A stretch of 63,894 nt of DNA, the filler included. It is 6 parts of 6 records of this genome, joined end to end, with 100 filler letters (N's around TTAATTAATTAA, not from the genome) between each part and the next. Parts side by side here need not be neighbours in the genome. Positions count along the whole stretch, not along the records: positions 1 to 13,097 come from DRR723986_12527; positions 13,198 to 25,535 come from DRR723986_12533; 4 more parts are not named here. One strand, given 5' to 3'. Below the pieces are notes generated by a model that saw only the letters and a program-made list of their open reading frames with translations, was not told the DNA's origin and did not search any database. Of the stretch, positions 1 through 14,730 are shown piece by piece; within the stretch, counting starts at the first letter, position 1; each line of letters opens with the position of its first letter. Made by a program: the position numbers and the translations under genes.

Positions 1-2
1 TC

Positions 3-944
<942 letters not shown>

Positions 945-1060
945 GGGTTTCCCCTTTAACCGGACCGGGGCAGTTGTCTCGGTCCAGCTTACCAAGTGGT
1001 GGGCACTTATTTTCAGGATGGCGGTCAGTTAGTGATCGTAATTTGAAGAAAGACGGCGAT

Positions 1061-4000
1061 ATGAACCAAGAAGTGATGAAATACTTCAACCCGAACCAGA
1101 AACCAGAGACGTTTGACCAAATTCAAATTTCGGTCGCGTCACCTGAGCGTATTCGCTCATGGTCTTTTGGCGAAATCAAAAAGCCGGAAACAATCAACTA
1201 CCGGACATTCAAGCCTGAAAAAGACGGCTTGTTCTGTGCGCGTATCTTTGGCCCGGTTAAAGATTACGAATGCTTGTGCGGTAAATATAAGCGCATGAAG
1301 TATCGCGGTATTATCTGCGAAAAATGCGGTGTTGAAGTTACCCTGTCGAAAGTACGGCGTGAGCGCATGGGTCATATCGACCTTGCTGCACCCGTTGCAC
1401 ACATTTGGTTCCTGAAGTCTCTTCCTAGCCGGATTGGCCTGCTATTGGACATGACTTTGAAGGATCTGGAGCGGGTTCTTTACTTTGAATATTATGTGGT
1501 TGTTGAGCCAGGCTTGACGCCGCTTAAACAGTTCCAGCTGCTGAACGAGGAAGATTATTACCGTGCCCAGGATGAGTACGGCGAAGATAGTTTTACTGCC
1601 GGTATCGGTGCTGAAGCTATTCGCAAGCTTCTGGAAGCGGTTGACCTGGAAAGTGAGCGCGAAAAGCTTCTCGTTGAACTTGCAGAAACCAAGTCTGAGC
1701 TGAAACCAAAGAAGATTGTTAAGCGCCTGAAGGTTATCGAAGCATTCCTTGAATCTGGTAACCGCCCTGAGTGGATGATTTTGCAGGTTGTGCCTGTAAT
1801 CCCACCAGAGCTGCGCCCATTGGTGCCGCTGGATGGCGGTCGCTTTGCGACATCTGACCTGAACGACCTGTATCGCCGTGTGATTAACCGGAACAACCGC
1901 CTTAAGCGATTGATAGAGCTACGCGCACCAGACATCATCATCCGTAACGAGAAGCGGATGCTTCAAGAGTCCGTGGATGCGTTGTTTGACAACGGCCGTC
2001 GTGGTCGGACCATCACGGGTGCGAATAAGCGTCCGTTGAAGTCTCTGTCTGACATGCTTAAAGGTAAGCAAGGGCGTTTCCGTCAAAACTTGCTTGGTAA
2101 GCGTGTTGACTATTCCGGTCGTTCCGTAATCGTGGTTGGCCCTGAGCTTAAGTTGCATCAGTGTGGCCTGCCTAAGAAAATGGCACTTGAACTGTTCAAG
2201 CCATTCATTTATTCGCGCCTCGACAAAAAAGGCATAGCGACGACCATTAAAGCCGCTAAAAAACTGGTGGAAAAAGAACGCCGCGAAGTATGGGATATCC
2301 TCGACGAAGTTATTCGTGAGCACCCTGTGATGCTAAACCGGGCACCTACGCTTCACCGTCTTGGTATTCAGGCCTTTGAGCCAGTTTTGATTGAAGGTAA
2401 AGCCATTCAGTTGCACCCGCTTGTTTGTGCGGCCTTTAACGCTGACTTTGATGGCGACCAAATGGCGGTACACGTGCCGCTTTCAATTGAAGCGCAGCTT
2501 GAGGCGCGTGTGTTGATGATGTCAACGAACAACATCCTCAGCCCCGCCAATGGTAAGCCTATTATTGTACCATCGCAGGATATTGTTCTGGGTCTGTATT
2601 ACATGACTATGGAACGTAAAGGCGATGTTGGCGAAGGTAAGGCCTACGCCGATTTTGACGAAGTTCAATTCGCTTTGGACGGCGGTTCAATTACTCTGCA
2701 CAGTAAAATCACTGCGCGGATCGCAGCTCTAGATAATGATGGCAATGAGACCACAATGCGTGTTGAAACCACGCCAGGCCGGATGCTTCTTGGCCGTCAT
2801 TTGCCGCTGCATGCTAACGTGCCGTTTAGCTTGATTAACCGTCAGCTGACCAAGAAAGAAATCACGGAAGTGATTGACGTGGTTTATCGTCACTGTGGTC
2901 AGAAAACGACTGTATTGTTCGCAGATGGTATCATGGGCGAAGGCTTCAAGCGCGCTTGTGATGCAGGTATTTCCTTCGGTAAAGATGACATGATCATCCC
3001 GCCGGCCAAAATTGAATTGGTTGATGCAACCAAAGCTTTGGTTAAAGAATATGAAGAACAGTATCAGGACGGATTGATCACACAGGGCGAGAAATACAAC
3101 AAAGTTGTAGATGCTTGGGCTCAGTGCGGTGACAAAGTCGCTGACGCGATGATGAAAGAAATGGAACGCACCGAAATTGACGATAGCGGCCGTGAAACTG
3201 ACCTAAATTCAGTATTTATGATGGCGCACTCAGGCGCGCGTGGTTCTGCCGCTCAGATGAAGCAGCTTGCTGGTATGCGTGGCTTGATGGCGAAACCTTC
3301 TGGCGAGATTATTGAAACACCAATCATCTCGAACTTTAAAGAAGGCCTATCGGTTCTTGAGTATTTCAACAGTTCGCACGGTGCACGTAAAGGTTTGGCC
3401 GATACAGCACTGAAAACAGCGAACTCGGGGTACCTGACACGCCGTTTGGTTGATGTAAGCCAAGACTGTGTGATCGTAGAATATGATTGTGGCACTGAGC
3501 GCGGCATCACGATATCAGAAGTATCTGAGGGCGGTGACGTTCTTGTGCCTCTTTCTGAGCGGATATTGGGCCGCAGCCTTGCGGTTGCGCTCAATGACCC
3601 AATTACCGGTGAAATAATGTTTGAAGCAGGCACACTTCTTGATGAAGTGAAAGCGGATGCAGTTGAAACTGCCGGTTTTGCTGAAGTGAAGATCCGGTCT
3701 GTGCTGACCTGTGAAACCAAAGGCGGTGTTTGCGGCGCATGTTATGGCCGTGACCTTGCACGCGGGACACCTGTTAACATGGGCGAGGCTGTCGGCGTTA
3801 TCGCGGCACAGTCGATCGGTGAGCCGGGTACTCAGCTTACCATGCGAACATTCCACATTGGTGGTGCGGCGACAGTGAACGCTGAATCGGCTGTAGAGTC
3901 ATCTGCAGACGGTAAAATTCGTATCGACAATCGCAACGTGATTGAAGACAGCAAAGGCCGCAAAGTTGTTATGAGCCGTAACATGGAAGTTGTGGTTCTG

Positions 4001-5266
4001 GACGACGAAGGCCGCGAACGGGCGAAACACCGCCTCGCTTACGGTGCTCACTTGATGAAAGACGAGGGTGAGACGGTTGTTAAAGGCGAAAAGCTTGCTG
4101 AATGGGACCCATACACTGTTCCGATCATCACTGAGCAATCTGGTGTGGTTCGTTATGTTGACCTTGTTGAGGGCGTTTCCGTTAAGGAAGTTGTTGACGA
4201 GGGTACGGGTATTGCATCCAAGATGGTTACTGACTGGCGTTCAGCGCCTAAAGGCGGTGACTTGCGCCCTCGCATTACATTGCGCGACGAAAAAGACAAT
4301 GTCGTCGAGCTAGCGAACGGTACGGAAGCACGCTATTTCCTCTCTGTGGAAGCAATTCTATCGGTAGAAGATGGACGGCATGTAACGGCGGGTGATGTGA
4401 TTGCGCGTATTCCGCGTGAAGCCGCGAAAACCAAAGACATCACCGGTGGTCTGCCACGGGTTGCGGAACTGTTTGAAGCCCGCCGTCCGAAAGACCACGC
4501 TGTTATTGCAGACATCGACGGTATTGTTGAATTTGGCCGTGACTATAAAAACAAGCGTCGCATTAGCATTCGTCCTCGTGAAGAGGGCGGTGAGCCGGTT
4601 GAATACCTGGTGCCAAAAGGTAAGCACATTGCCGTTCAGGAAGGTGACTTCATCCAGCAGGGTGAATATCTGATCGACGGCAACCCAGCGCCGCATGATA
4701 TTCTTCAGGTACTGGGTGTGGAAGCACTGGCTAACTACCTGGTTAAGGAAGTGCAGGATGTTTACCGCCTACAGGGTGTGAAGATCAACGATAAGCACAT
4801 TGAGGTGATTGTTCGCCAAATGCTGCAAAAAGTTGAGATCAAATCCTCTGGCGATAGCACCATGCTTCTGGGTGAGCTTATTGAGCGTGAAGAGTTCGAA
4901 GAGAACAACGCCAAGCTTGTTGCTGAAGGCAGATTGCCAGCAAAAGGCGTTCCGATCTTGCTTGGTATCACTAAAGCTAGCCTGCAAACACGCAGCTTCA
5001 TTTCTGCTGCGTCCTTCCAGGAAACAACACGCGTTCTCACCGAGGCTTCTGTCGCCGGTAAGAAAGACAAGCTGGTTGGTCTGAAAGAGAATGTGATTGT
5101 GGGTCGCTTGATTCCGGCTGGTACAGGTTCTGTGGTAAATAAATTGCGCCACGAAGCCCTGCGCCGTGATCAGATTACTGCAGAAGCGCAAGCGGCCGCC
5201 GCTGACACCATGTCGACGGCAGAAGCCGAGTTTGCTGCTGCTACTTCTGAAGGCGCAGATACGTAA
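1061..5266 (+). CDS. rpoC: RNA polymerase beta' subunit
   Basis: Catalytic [10 protein letters not shown]-terminal Zn finger CLCGKYK...CEKC; likely start MNQEVMK at ATG 1061, in frame with ORF 974. Confidence 0.99.
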   Translation: MNQEVMKYFNPNQKPETFDQIQISVASPERIRSWSFGEIKKPETINYRTFKPEKDGLFCARIFGPVKDYECLCGKYKRMKYRGIICEKCGVEVTLSKVRRERMGHIDLAAPVAHIWFLKSLPSRIGLLLDMTLKDLERVLYFEYYVVVEPGLTPLKQFQLLNEEDYYRAQDEYGEDSFTAGIGAEAIRKLLEAVDLESEREKLLVELAETKSELKPKKIVKRLKVIEAFLESGNRPEWMILQVVPVIPPELRPLVPLDGGRFATSDLNDLYRRVINRNNRLKRLIELRAPDIIIRNEKRMLQESVDALFDNGRRGRTITGANKRPLKSLSDMLKGKQGRFRQNLLGKRVDYSGRSVIVVGPELKLHQCGLPKKMALELFKPFIYSRLDKKGIATTIKAAKKLVEKERREVWDILDEVIREHPVMLNRAPTLHRLGIQAFEPVLIEGKAIQLHPLVCAAFNADFDGDQMAVHVPLSIEAQLEARVLMMSTNNILSPANGKPIIVPSQDIVLGLYYMTMERKGDVGEGKAYADFDEVQFALDGGSITLHSKITARIAALDNDGNETTMRVETTPGRMLLGRHLPLHANVPFSLINRQLTKKEITEVIDVVYRHCGQKTTVLFADGIMGEGFKRACDAGISFGKDDMIIPPAKIELVDATKALVKEYEEQYQDGLITQGEKYNKVVDAWAQCGDKVADAMMKEMERTEIDDSGRETDLNSVFMMAHSGARGSAAQMKQLAGMRGLMAKPSGEIIETPIISNFKEGLSVLEYFNSSHGARKGLADTALKTANSGYLTRRLVDVSQDCVIVEYDCGTERGITISEVSEGGDVLVPLSERILGRSLAVALNDPITGEIMFEAGTLLDEVKADAVETAGFAEVKIRSVLTCETKGGVCGACYGRDLARGTPVNMGEAVGVIAAQSIGEPGTQLTMRTFHIGGAATVNAESAVESSADGKIRIDNRNVIEDSKGRKVVMSRNMEVVVLDDEGRERAKHRLAYGAHLMKDEGETVVKGEKLAEWDPYTVPIITEQSGVVRYVDLVEGVSVKEVVDEGTGIASKMVTDWRSAPKGGDLRPRITLRDEKDNVVELANGTEARYFLSVEAILSVEDGRHVTAGDVIARIPREAAKTKDITGGLPRVAELFEARRPKDHAVIADIDGIVEFGRDYKNKRRISIRPREEGGEPVEYLVPKGKHIAVQEGDFIQQGEYLIDGNPAPHDILQVLGVEALANYLVKEVQDVYRLQGVKINDKHIEVIVRQMLQKVEIKSSGDSTMLLGELIEREEFEENNAKLVAEGRLPAKGVPILLGITKASLQTRSFISAASFQETTRVLTEASVAGKKDKLVGLKENVIVGRLIPAGTGSVVNKLRHEALRRDQITAEAQAAAADTMSTAEAEFAAATSEGADT

Positions 5267-5310
5267 ACTGGTTGTGCGTAAGCAAAGATACGCAGCTATA
5301 ATGATTTGAT

Positions 5311-5339
5311 AAAGGCTCGCTTAGGCGGGCCTTTTCTTT
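5311..5339 (+). terminator. Rho-independent terminator after rpoC
   Basis: AAGGCTCGC-TTAG-GCGGGCCTT hairpin followed by TTCTTT; A-tract on the 5' side allows bidirectional use. Confidence 0.85.
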
Positions 5340-5366
5340 GTTCCATGAAAATTAAAAGCGGTTTTT

Positions 5367-6470
5367 TTAGAAGAGTTTTTGCTTGAAACGGCTGAAGACT
5401 TTTTGGCCATGTGCAATGTCCGAAAACTGGTCTTCAAATATTTGCCTGAGCTCCATACGCTTCGTGTAAGTTAACGGCAATTGTCTGATAATTTCTTGAA
5501 GGGCCGCATGCATGGCGGTTGCATCTTTTGGTGGTACCAATTTTACCAAGGGGCCAGGCTTTAAATACTCAGATGAAGTGTGGGTTTCGGTAATAACAAC
5601 CGGCTTTGCCGCGGCTAGGGCTTGCAGCAGAACCATTTGGCCTGCTGAAATTTCGTCTTCTCCCAGCGGTACAACGATAATATCAGCATCAATAAGCATT
5701 CGCGTGTAGGCAGCGCCATATAAAGATCTGTGAATGGTGACTTTATCTGATGCTAACGCGTTCGGCGCTGTTATGATATTGTCGCAGATTATGTCGCACG
5801 ATATATTTGCAGGTAATTTTTCAACAGCCGCTACCAGGGTTTTATAATCGCGTGATGACCGTCCAGCGGTCGCAATTGAATAGGTTGTTTTTTTTGGGTC
5901 ATTCTGTTTGTTGGCAGAAAAGTCTTTGAACCATTCTTTTATCACATCACCTTGGCCAATGCCGTAGTGTACAGGTTCAATAATGGTTTTTTGCCTCTCA
6001 ACTAGCTTTTGAAGGGCAGGCACCTCATATTTAGAATGACAAATAATCATCGCTACATTTCGCAGCAAAAGGCGAAAGTAAATACCGCGCAGTGTGTTGA
6101 GCAAGCTTGATGATCGCGGTGTGTAGATGAACCCATGTAAAACCAGTTTAATGTCATATTTTCTTGCATTCAGTGAAAATAGGCGCGCTATTTTATAGGT
6201 TAGCAGTAGAATATGGTCATGAGCTGTTACAATTGAATCTGTTTCGAGCGATTGCAGTGACCTCCGCGATAGTCGCAATCCCGATAACAGCAGGCGTGGC
6301 CATCCAATAAGGTATAGCCAAACTCTATGTGGATATTTAAGCGAGACTGAATTGCCAAAAACAGCGACGGAGGTTTCTACTTGCCGCATGGCTTGGTAGA
6401 ATGGCCATTCGCCCGCATGCTCAGAGGCATGCGTCAAAAAGTGCAACGATTGTATTTTGTTAGTATTCAT
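5367..6470 (-). CDS. GT-B fold glycosyltransferase (GT4-like)
   Basis: C-terminal motifs AGRSSRDYKTL and IIVVPL...SAGQMVLLQALAAAKPVV resemble the GT4 nucleotide-binding region. Confidence 0.8.
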   Translation of the reverse strand: MNTNKIQSLHFLTHASEHAGEWPFYQAMRQVETSVAVFGNSVSLKYPHRVWLYLIGWPRLLLSGLRLSRRSLQSLETDSIVTAHDHILLLTYKIARLFSLNARKYDIKLVLHGFIYTPRSSSLLNTLRGIYFRLLLRNVAMIICHSKYEVPALQKLVERQKTIIEPVHYGIGQGDVIKEWFKDFSANKQNDPKKTTYSIATAGRSSRDYKTLVAAVEKLPANISCDIICDNIITAPNALASDKVTIHRSLYGAAYTRMLIDADIIVVPLGEDEISAGQMVLLQALAAAKPVVITETHTSSEYLKPGPLVKLVPPKDATAMHAALQEIIRQLPLTYTKRMELRQIFEDQFSDIAHGQKVFSRFKQKLF

Positions 6471-6536
6471 AAAACCGCTATTTTTGAGGGCAATATTGGC
6501 TAATTCATAACACTGCTTTCGTAAAAGCTATGTTTA

Positions 6537-6938
6537 TTAATGAAACACAAAATATTTCTGAAAAAAATACTTAGAAACAAATGTGATGCTCAATGAGAAT
6601 GCCAATGCGAACAAGTAATGAAAACCTATTTCGGCAAACAATAGCATAAATAAACCATACTCCAGGCCTCTAAAGGTAATCGAAGCCAAAGCAAATCGAA
6701 CAAGTTGTCCGTGTATTTGTCCTTCACTGCTAAAGACAAAATTTCGTGTAATGAAAAAATTAGTAAAGAATGCAATTACTAACGATAGAGCAACAGCAAG
6801 CTCTTCTGACAGTAAAGCAATATTTTTAAACGCCCATGAAAGAAACAACGTAAAACTGAAGCTGAAACCGCCTGAAGCAATGTATCGAACGCGTTTGTCT
6901 TTTGCGAGTACGTTTAAATGTTTTACGGTAATTGTCAT
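6537..6938 (-). CDS. GtrA-family polyprenyl-phosphate-sugar translocase
   Basis: 133 aa, four hydrophobic segments, RYIASGG start, NFFITRNFVF and KYFVF motifs typical of GtrA. Confidence 0.85.
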   Translation of the reverse strand: MTITVKHLNVLAKDKRVRYIASGGFSFSFTLFLSWAFKNIALLSEELAVALSLVIAFFTNFFITRNFVFSSEGQIHGQLVRFALASITFRGLEYGLFMLLFAEIGFHYLFALAFSLSITFVSKYFFQKYFVFH

Positions 6939-6946
6939 GTTAGTAA

Positions 6947-7819
6947 TTATCGCGACCGTTTATCTATCATGTCAGCTAGCAAAGCAAACATTCCCATGTT
7001 TAGAGTAAACAGGAACAGTAAAACAGTTTTGTCGGTTAAGTTTTGTAGTTCAATAACGTCATACGCTAGGCTTCCAAAAGCAACTAACATTAAAAGTAGG
7101 ACGAAAGGAGAAAACACTCTCATAGGCGCAAAGTATGTGCCCGTCCTGAGGATAAGCATTGTAAAGCGAAGTGTATCTCTTACAGGCTGAATTTTTGATT
7201 TTCCAACGCGAACTTTGTAACTAATTGGTTCATAGTGAACACGGTGAAAATTAGTTAGCATTGCCAGCGTGATTGTTGTCGTGAAACTGAATCCGTCGGG
7301 CAAAATCCCAGAAAACTTTGTGGCTAGGTCTCTGCGGAAAACGCGGAGGCCGGAATTTATATCTGGAATTGGGTGGCGCGCAATCCATGAAGCCCATGCG
7401 CGAAGAAATAATTTGGGTATCGCTCTTATTTTGGAATAAGTAACACCGTCTCCAATTCGTGCGCCTACCACCATGTCTTTATGTTCGCATAATTTGACTA
7501 GCTCTGGAATGCGGTGATTAGGATATGTACCGTCTGCATCTGTAATGACAATTAGGTCTGTCTTTGCTTGATGAATCCCCGTTTTTAATGCAGCGCCGTA
7601 ACCACGATTTTGTGGGTGGCGCACCACGGTTAAGTTTGGGTTTGATTTCTCTAAGTCAGCAAGAATAGAACCACTTTGGTCATTGGAGCCATCATCAATA
7701 ACAAGGAGGTCATAATCGTTTGTATTACCTACATCTTTGCATATTTCGGTTACGGTTTCAGCAATTGCGCCCTCTTCGTTATAACAGGGTATTAATATTG
7801 TGAACAACTTAGTGGACAT
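6947..7819 (-). CDS. GT2 polyprenyl-phosphate glycosyltransferase (GtrB/DPM1-like)
   Basis: ILIPCYNEE, IDDGSND, NRGYGAA, TDADG (DxD), DINSGLR, two C-terminal TM helices; likely start MSTKLF. Confidence 0.9.
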   Translation of the reverse strand: MSTKLFTILIPCYNEEGAIAETVTEICKDVGNTNDYDLLVIDDGSNDQSGSILADLEKSNPNLTVVRHPQNRGYGAALKTGIHQAKTDLIVITDADGTYPNHRIPELVKLCEHKDMVVGARIGDGVTYSKIRAIPKLFLRAWASWIARHPIPDINSGLRVFRRDLATKFSGILPDGFSFTTTITLAMLTNFHRVHYEPISYKVRVGKSKIQPVRDTLRFTMLILRTGTYFAPMRVFSPFVLLLMLVAFGSLAYDVIELQNLTDKTVLLFLFTLNMGMFALLADMIDKRSR

Positions 7820-7926
7820 GCTGGTTACCTTAAGGTGCTTTGTTATGGCCCCTAGTAGTATTGCTTTCACTAAGTATCTGCAATATAAAAACTTCCTTTG
7901 CTATTAATGGTGAAAGTCCCCTCTAA

Positions 7927-9438
7927 ATGATTTTGTCGACTACTCGTTCGAATTTTACCTTATGGTTAATTTGGCTTGGGGCTTTGGGCCTGTTTTTTGC
8001 GTATATGCAATTGGCATTAACTCAGGGTTGGCTTGGTCCTTTAATGAGCGATGACTTTTCATACTTGGGTGGTGCTCTGCGCGTGTTGACACCTGAGACT
8101 TATGTGCCCCTTGATCACTGGGAGGTACGACATACTGTAACGCTACCATTGGCCCTGATTGTAAGCTATTTTGGTCTTAACGAAGTGTCTTTGGTTTTGC
8201 CAAGCAGCCTTTTTTTTGTAGGCACAGCTTTTGTGATTGGGCTGTGGGTATATCAAAAATTTGATCACCTTGCCGGATTATTGGCTCCGATTGTCTTGAT
8301 ATTAACACCGGTTAGTATTCAGCAATTTAGCACATTGAATGTAGACATTGTTGAGGCTTTTTTTTGGTTCTCTTCAGTATTCCTTTTTCTGAATGCAAAG
8401 GCTTGTCGCCATCCGCTGTTATGCTTGTACATAGCGGGCTTGTGTGTAGGCTTGGCTGTTATGTCGAGAGAGACTAGCGCTGCGCTTCTTTTAGGCTACG
8501 GAATATTTTTTCTTTTTGGCCTTCACATACCTAGAAAATATTACTGGATGATGGCCGCTGGTTTTATAACGGTCCTAGCGACCGAAATGATTTATTATAC
8601 TGTGGTAGTTGGGTCTCCTATTCATAGATATGAAATTCTTTTTTCAGCATTTGGAGCTGGCAGCGTTGAAACAACCGGTAATTTGGTAACAAACCCAGTA
8701 ATTGGTCCTGTGGCTGCGCTTTTTGTAAATAACGAGTTTGGTTTTTTGTTTCCCTTGGCAACAATTAGCATTTGGTATCTGGTTAAAAAACAACAGTTGT
8801 TTTTTAAGAGCGAGCTTGGGCTTCTATTGGCGCTGGGCGCTATTCATTTCGTTGTGTGCGCCTATTTTTTGGGGTTGAGGCCTTTACCGCGTTATTTTAC
8901 GATCCAAGCTTATGTCGCCGCTATTCCCGTTACGTTGGTTATTGCCAACTTAATCCGAATACGCCGGTATCAGAAGTATATTGGTCTTGCTGGTGCGGGA
9001 ATGATTGCAACTCACTACGGCTTGGTGGATTTGTCTAATAATTCACCTCGGCTTGGTGAGCGAGTGTATGCCTCTTATGTAATGTCTTCTGAAGTTGTTT
9101 ATAGTGACCCTCTAACCTGTGCACGCGGCAAAATGTTATTCAGACTTCAGCAAGGGCTTGCTGATAACTCAGAACCGCTTTGCTCGGCGCGCGCCCAGAA
9201 TACTTTGCTGGTTATAAGTGACAAAAATTTGACTGATGGCAACTTGTGGGGGGTACCATTTGATGCATCAAAATATCGTCGTTTGATTAACGGAAAGCCA
9301 ATAGCGGTAATAAAAGGTCGCCAAACCAATATTGGTCAGTTTTTGACATTTGCAGGGTTGCCTTCAGGTGGAATGCTTCCTGATCGTTTATATACGGCGA
9401 ATGTTCCAGTTAAGGTTTACCGTCTAGGTCCAATGTAA
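7927..9438 (+). CDS. GT-C fold integral membrane glycosyltransferase (ArnT/PMT_2, GT39/83-like)
   Basis: Multi-TM protein with SDD..Y after TM1, AGLCVGLAVMSRE motif, PRY motif and a periplasmic C-terminal tail. Confidence 0.8.
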   Translation: MILSTTRSNFTLWLIWLGALGLFFAYMQLALTQGWLGPLMSDDFSYLGGALRVLTPETYVPLDHWEVRHTVTLPLALIVSYFGLNEVSLVLPSSLFFVGTAFVIGLWVYQKFDHLAGLLAPIVLILTPVSIQQFSTLNVDIVEAFFWFSSVFLFLNAKACRHPLLCLYIAGLCVGLAVMSRETSAALLLGYGIFFLFGLHIPRKYYWMMAAGFITVLATEMIYYTVVVGSPIHRYEILFSAFGAGSVETTGNLVTNPVIGPVAALFVNNEFGFLFPLATISIWYLVKKQQLFFKSELGLLLALGAIHFVVCAYFLGLRPLPRYFTIQAYVAAIPVTLVIANLIRIRRYQKYIGLAGAGMIATHYGLVDLSNNSPRLGERVYASYVMSSEVVYSDPLTCARGKMLFRLQQGLADNSEPLCSARAQNTLLVISDKNLTDGNLWGVPFDASKYRRLINGKPIAVIKGRQTNIGQFLTFAGLPSGGMLPDRLYTANVPVKVYRLGPM

Positions 9439-9547
9439 CGTCATTTAGGGCCACTTTTAATGCTGGAGTGTATAGACGATAAGCGATCAATTCGCTTAAC
9501 CAAACGCACAATGCTTACACGGTTATATAATTAGGCTAGTTTTTCGG

Positions 9548-9576
9548 TTGACGTTTCCTTCATTTCGCAGTAGATA
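9548..9576 (+). promoter_or_regulatory. Putative sigma70 promoter of the str operon
   Basis: TTGACG-N17-TAGATA about 200 nt upstream of rpsL. Confidence 0.55.
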
Positions 9577-9779
9577 GCGCACCTCGTCAGAGCTCAGGTG
9601 GTAGGTTAAATCGGCCTAGACGCTGGGGTTTCCTGACTAAGAGATGAAATTAGAATCGATCCAAAGAACCTGATTGGAGCAAGAAGCTGCCGATTGAGGT
9701 TGTTTTTGCTGCATGCGAAACAGGTTGTTTGGAATGATGGTGACAGAGAAAAACGGCTAAAAACCAATAGGGAACAAAA

Positions 9780-10151
9780 ATGCCTACCATTAACCAACTC
9801 GTGCGCAAAGCGCGCAAAGCCAAGCCAGCGCACAATAAAGTGCCCGCGCTTGAAGCATGTCCGCAGAAACGCGGCGTGTGTACACGTGTTTATACAACGA
9901 CACCAAAGAAGCCGAACTCGGCGCTTCGTAAGGTTGCTCGCGTGCGCCTCTCAAATGGCCATGAAGTAACTTCTTACATTGGCGGTGAGGGACATAACCT
10001 GCAGGAACACTCAGTGATCCTGATTCGCGGTGGTCGTGTGAAAGATTTGCCTGGTGTTCGCTACCACACTGTTCGTGGTGTGCTCGATACCCAAGGTGTT
10101 GGTGATCGTCGTCAGAGCCGTTCGAAATACGGCACGAAGCGTCCGAAGTAA
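9780..10151 (+). CDS. rpsL: 30S ribosomal protein S12
   Basis: [31 protein letters not shown]. Confidence 0.99.
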   Translation: MPTINQLVRKARKAKPAHNKVPALEACPQKRGVCTRVYTTTPKKPNSALRKVARVRLSNGHEVTSYIGGEGHNLQEHSVILIRGGRVKDLPGVRYHTVRGVLDTQGVGDRRQSRSKYGTKRPK

Positions 10152-10169
10152 GATTGAAGAAGGAATTAA

Positions 10170-10643
<474 letters not shown>

Positions 10644-10672
10644 GAGTTATTAGACTGTAAGGAACTGGTTCG

Positions 10673-12754
10673 ATGGCACGTAGAACCCCACTAGATCGTT
10701 ATCGCAATATTGGCATTATGGCGCATATTGACGCCGGTAAAACCACGACAACTGAGCGTGTGCTTTACTATACAGGCCGTAGCCACAAAATCGGCGAAGT
10801 GCACGATGGCGGCGCGACGATGGATTGGATGGAGCAAGAGCAGGAGCGTGGTATTACAATTACCTCCGCTGCGACAACTTGTTTCTGGAATGATCACCGA
10901 ATTAACATCATCGATACACCCGGTCACGTTGACTTCACCATTGAGGTTGAGCGGTCTCTGCGTGTGCTTGATGGTGCTGTGGCTGTTTTCGACTCGGTTG
11001 CTGGTGTTGAGCCGCAGTCTGAAACTGTATGGCGTCAAGCTGATAAGTACGGTGTGCCACGTATGTGTTTCGTCAATAAGATGGACCGTATGGGCGCAAA
11101 CTTCGAGCGCTGTGTTGACATGATCAAAGAGCGCTTGGGTGCGCGTGCTCTGGTTATCCAACTGCCGATTGGTGCTGAAGCAGAATATGAAGGCCTTATT
11201 GATCTTGTGAAGAACAAAGAGGTTCTTTGGAAGGGCGAAGACTTGGGCGCTTCTTATGAGTATGTTGATATTCGCCCTGAGCTTGCAGACGCTGCTGAAG
11301 CAGCTCGCATGGAAATGATTGAAACGGCTGTTGAAGCTGACGAAGACCTGATGGAGAAGTATCTGGAAGGCGAAGAGCTCACTGAAGAAGAGCTCAAGAC
11401 TGCCATCCGTAAAGGTACCAACGAAAATCTTTTCGTTCCTGTGCTTAACGGTACTGCGTTCAAGAACAAAGGTGTTCAGCCGCTTCTTGATGCTGTTGTT
11501 GACTTCATGCCTGCTCCAACTGACGTTGAGGCGATTAAAGGTGTTGATGCCCACGACAACGATAAGGAAATCGTGCGTAACTCTTCTGACGAAGAGCCAT
11601 TCGCCGCCTTGGCCTTTAAAATCATGAATGACCCATTTGTTGGTACGCTAACATTTGCGCGTATATACTCAGGTGTTCTGGAAACTGGTACGCAGGTAAT
11701 GAACTCTGTGAAGCAGCGGAAAGAAAAAGTTGGCCGTATGCTTGAAATGCACGCCAACAACCGTGAAGACCTTAAAGAAGCTCGTGCCGGTGATATCATC
11801 GCGCTGGCTGGCCTGAAGTCTACGACAACAGGGGACACGCTTTGTGCAACAAACAGCCAGGTTATCCTGGAGCGTATGGAGTTCCCGGATCCGGTTATTT
11901 CTGTTGCAGTTGAGCCTAAAACCAAAGCTGACCAAGAGAAGATGGGTATCGCCCTGAATCGTTTGGCTGCTGAGGACCCTAGCTTCCGTGTGGCGTCTGA
12001 TGAGGAGTCTGGCCAGACGGTTATCTCGGGTATGGGTGAATTGCATCTGGATATTCTTGTTGATCGTATGAAGCGTGAGTTCAAGGTTGAGTGTACTGTG
12101 GGTGCACCGCAAGTTGCTTACCGTGAGAGCTTCGCGAAAGAGGTTGATATTGATTACACGCACAAGAAACAGTCTGGTGGTTCTGGACAGTTTGGTCGCG
12201 TGAAAATGGTTGTTACCCCTGGTGAGCGTGGCTCTGGCTTTGAGTTCATCGACGAGATCAAGGGCGGTAACATTCCGAAAGAATATATCCCGGGTGTTGA
12301 AAAAGGCATTAAGGATATAGCAGAGAGCGGTGCATTGATCGGCTTCCCGATCATCGACTTCTCTGTGCGTTTGTATGACGGTAGCTACCACGATGTGGAT
12401 TCGAGCGTGCTTGCGTTCGAGATCGCTGGTCGCGGTGCAACCAGAGAAGCGGCTGCGCAAGCAGGCATCAAGCTTCTTGAACCAATTATGAAGGTTGAGG
12501 TCGTGACGCCTGAAGATTACATGGGCGACGTGATCGGTGACTTGAATAAACGTCGTGGTCAGATTCAAGGGTCAGAAACCCGCGGTCCGAACACGGTTGT
12601 GAATGCAATGGTGCCGCTGGCGAATATGTTTGGTTATGTGAACGAGCTTCGCTCTTTCTCACAGGGCCGGGCAACGTTCTCCATGCAGTTTGACCATTAC
12701 GACGGAGTACCACAGGCTGTTGCTGAGGAAATCAAGGCAAAGCTTGCGGGCTAA
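10673..12754 (+). CDS. fusA: Elongation factor G
   Basis: [23 protein letters not shown]; str operon context. Confidence 0.99.
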   Translation: MARRTPLDRYRNIGIMAHIDAGKTTTTERVLYYTGRSHKIGEVHDGGATMDWMEQEQERGITITSAATTCFWNDHRINIIDTPGHVDFTIEVERSLRVLDGAVAVFDSVAGVEPQSETVWRQADKYGVPRMCFVNKMDRMGANFERCVDMIKERLGARALVIQLPIGAEAEYEGLIDLVKNKEVLWKGEDLGASYEYVDIRPELADAAEAARMEMIETAVEADEDLMEKYLEGEELTEEELKTAIRKGTNENLFVPVLNGTAFKNKGVQPLLDAVVDFMPAPTDVEAIKGVDAHDNDKEIVRNSSDEEPFAALAFKIMNDPFVGTLTFARIYSGVLETGTQVMNSVKQRKEKVGRMLEMHANNREDLKEARAGDIIALAGLKSTTTGDTLCATNSQVILERMEFPDPVISVAVEPKTKADQEKMGIALNRLAAEDPSFRVASDEESGQTVISGMGELHLDILVDRMKREFKVECTVGAPQVAYRESFAKEVDIDYTHKKQSGGSGQFGRVKMVVTPGERGSGFEFIDEIKGGNIPKEYIPGVEKGIKDIAESGALIGFPIIDFSVRLYDGSYHDVDSSVLAFEIAGRGATREAAAQAGIKLLEPIMKVEVVTPEDYMGDVIGDLNKRRGQIQGSETRGPNTVVNAMVPLANMFGYVNELRSFSQGRATFSMQFDHYDGVPQAVAEEIKAKLAG

Positions 12755-12818
12755 CTAAACAAGAAAACTAAGTTATGGATCTCTTGGTAAATCAAGAGCC
12801 GATAGAAAGGTACTAAAA

Positions 12819-13097
12819 ATGGCAAAAGAGAAGTTTGAGCGTACTAAGCCGCATTGTAACGTTGGAACGATTGGTCACGTTGACCATGGTAAGACGACGT
12901 TGACGGCGGCGATTACGAAGGTATTGGCAGAAGCGACAGGCGGCGAAGCGGTTGATTTTGCGAACATTGACAAGGCACCTGAGGAGCGCGAGCGCGGTAT
13001 CACGATCTCTACGGCACACGTTGAGTATGAGACAGAGAGCCGCCACTATGCGCACGTTGATTGCCCTGGCCACGCTGACTATGTGAAGAACATGATC
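12819..13097 (+). CDS. tuf: Elongation factor Tu, N-terminal part (truncated by contig end)
   Basis: [27 protein letters not shown]. Confidence 0.99.
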
Positions 13098-13197
13098 NNN
13101 NNNNNNNNNNNNNNNNNNNNNNNNNNNNNNNNNNNNNNNNNTTAATTAATTAANNNNNNNNNNNNNNNNNNNNNNNNNNNNNNNNNNNNNNNNNNNN
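13098..13197. other. Artificial contig-joining linker
   Basis: N44-TTAATTAATTAA-N44 (stops in all six frames); base composition and gene content change across it. Confidence 0.98.
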
Positions 13198-14570
<1,373 letters not shown>

Positions 14571-14730
14571 GAAGGAATCCTCGTCTCGTTGGAATCTCTG
14601 CTCCTGTATCTACAATACGTATTAGCCGCAACCTACCTCTTTCCGCGCTCAATATTGTCGCAGCCTGTCGTCGCTCCATCGCTTTGGTGGTAAACTGACC
14701 CTACATAAACTCATCCATTTGGAGGCTACC

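Noticed and set aside
14640-14680. Possible RegA/PrrA-type GC-rich site upstream of ctaC (GCGCTCAATATTGTCGC)
   Set aside because: The consensus is too degenerate to support by eye in high-GC DNA.
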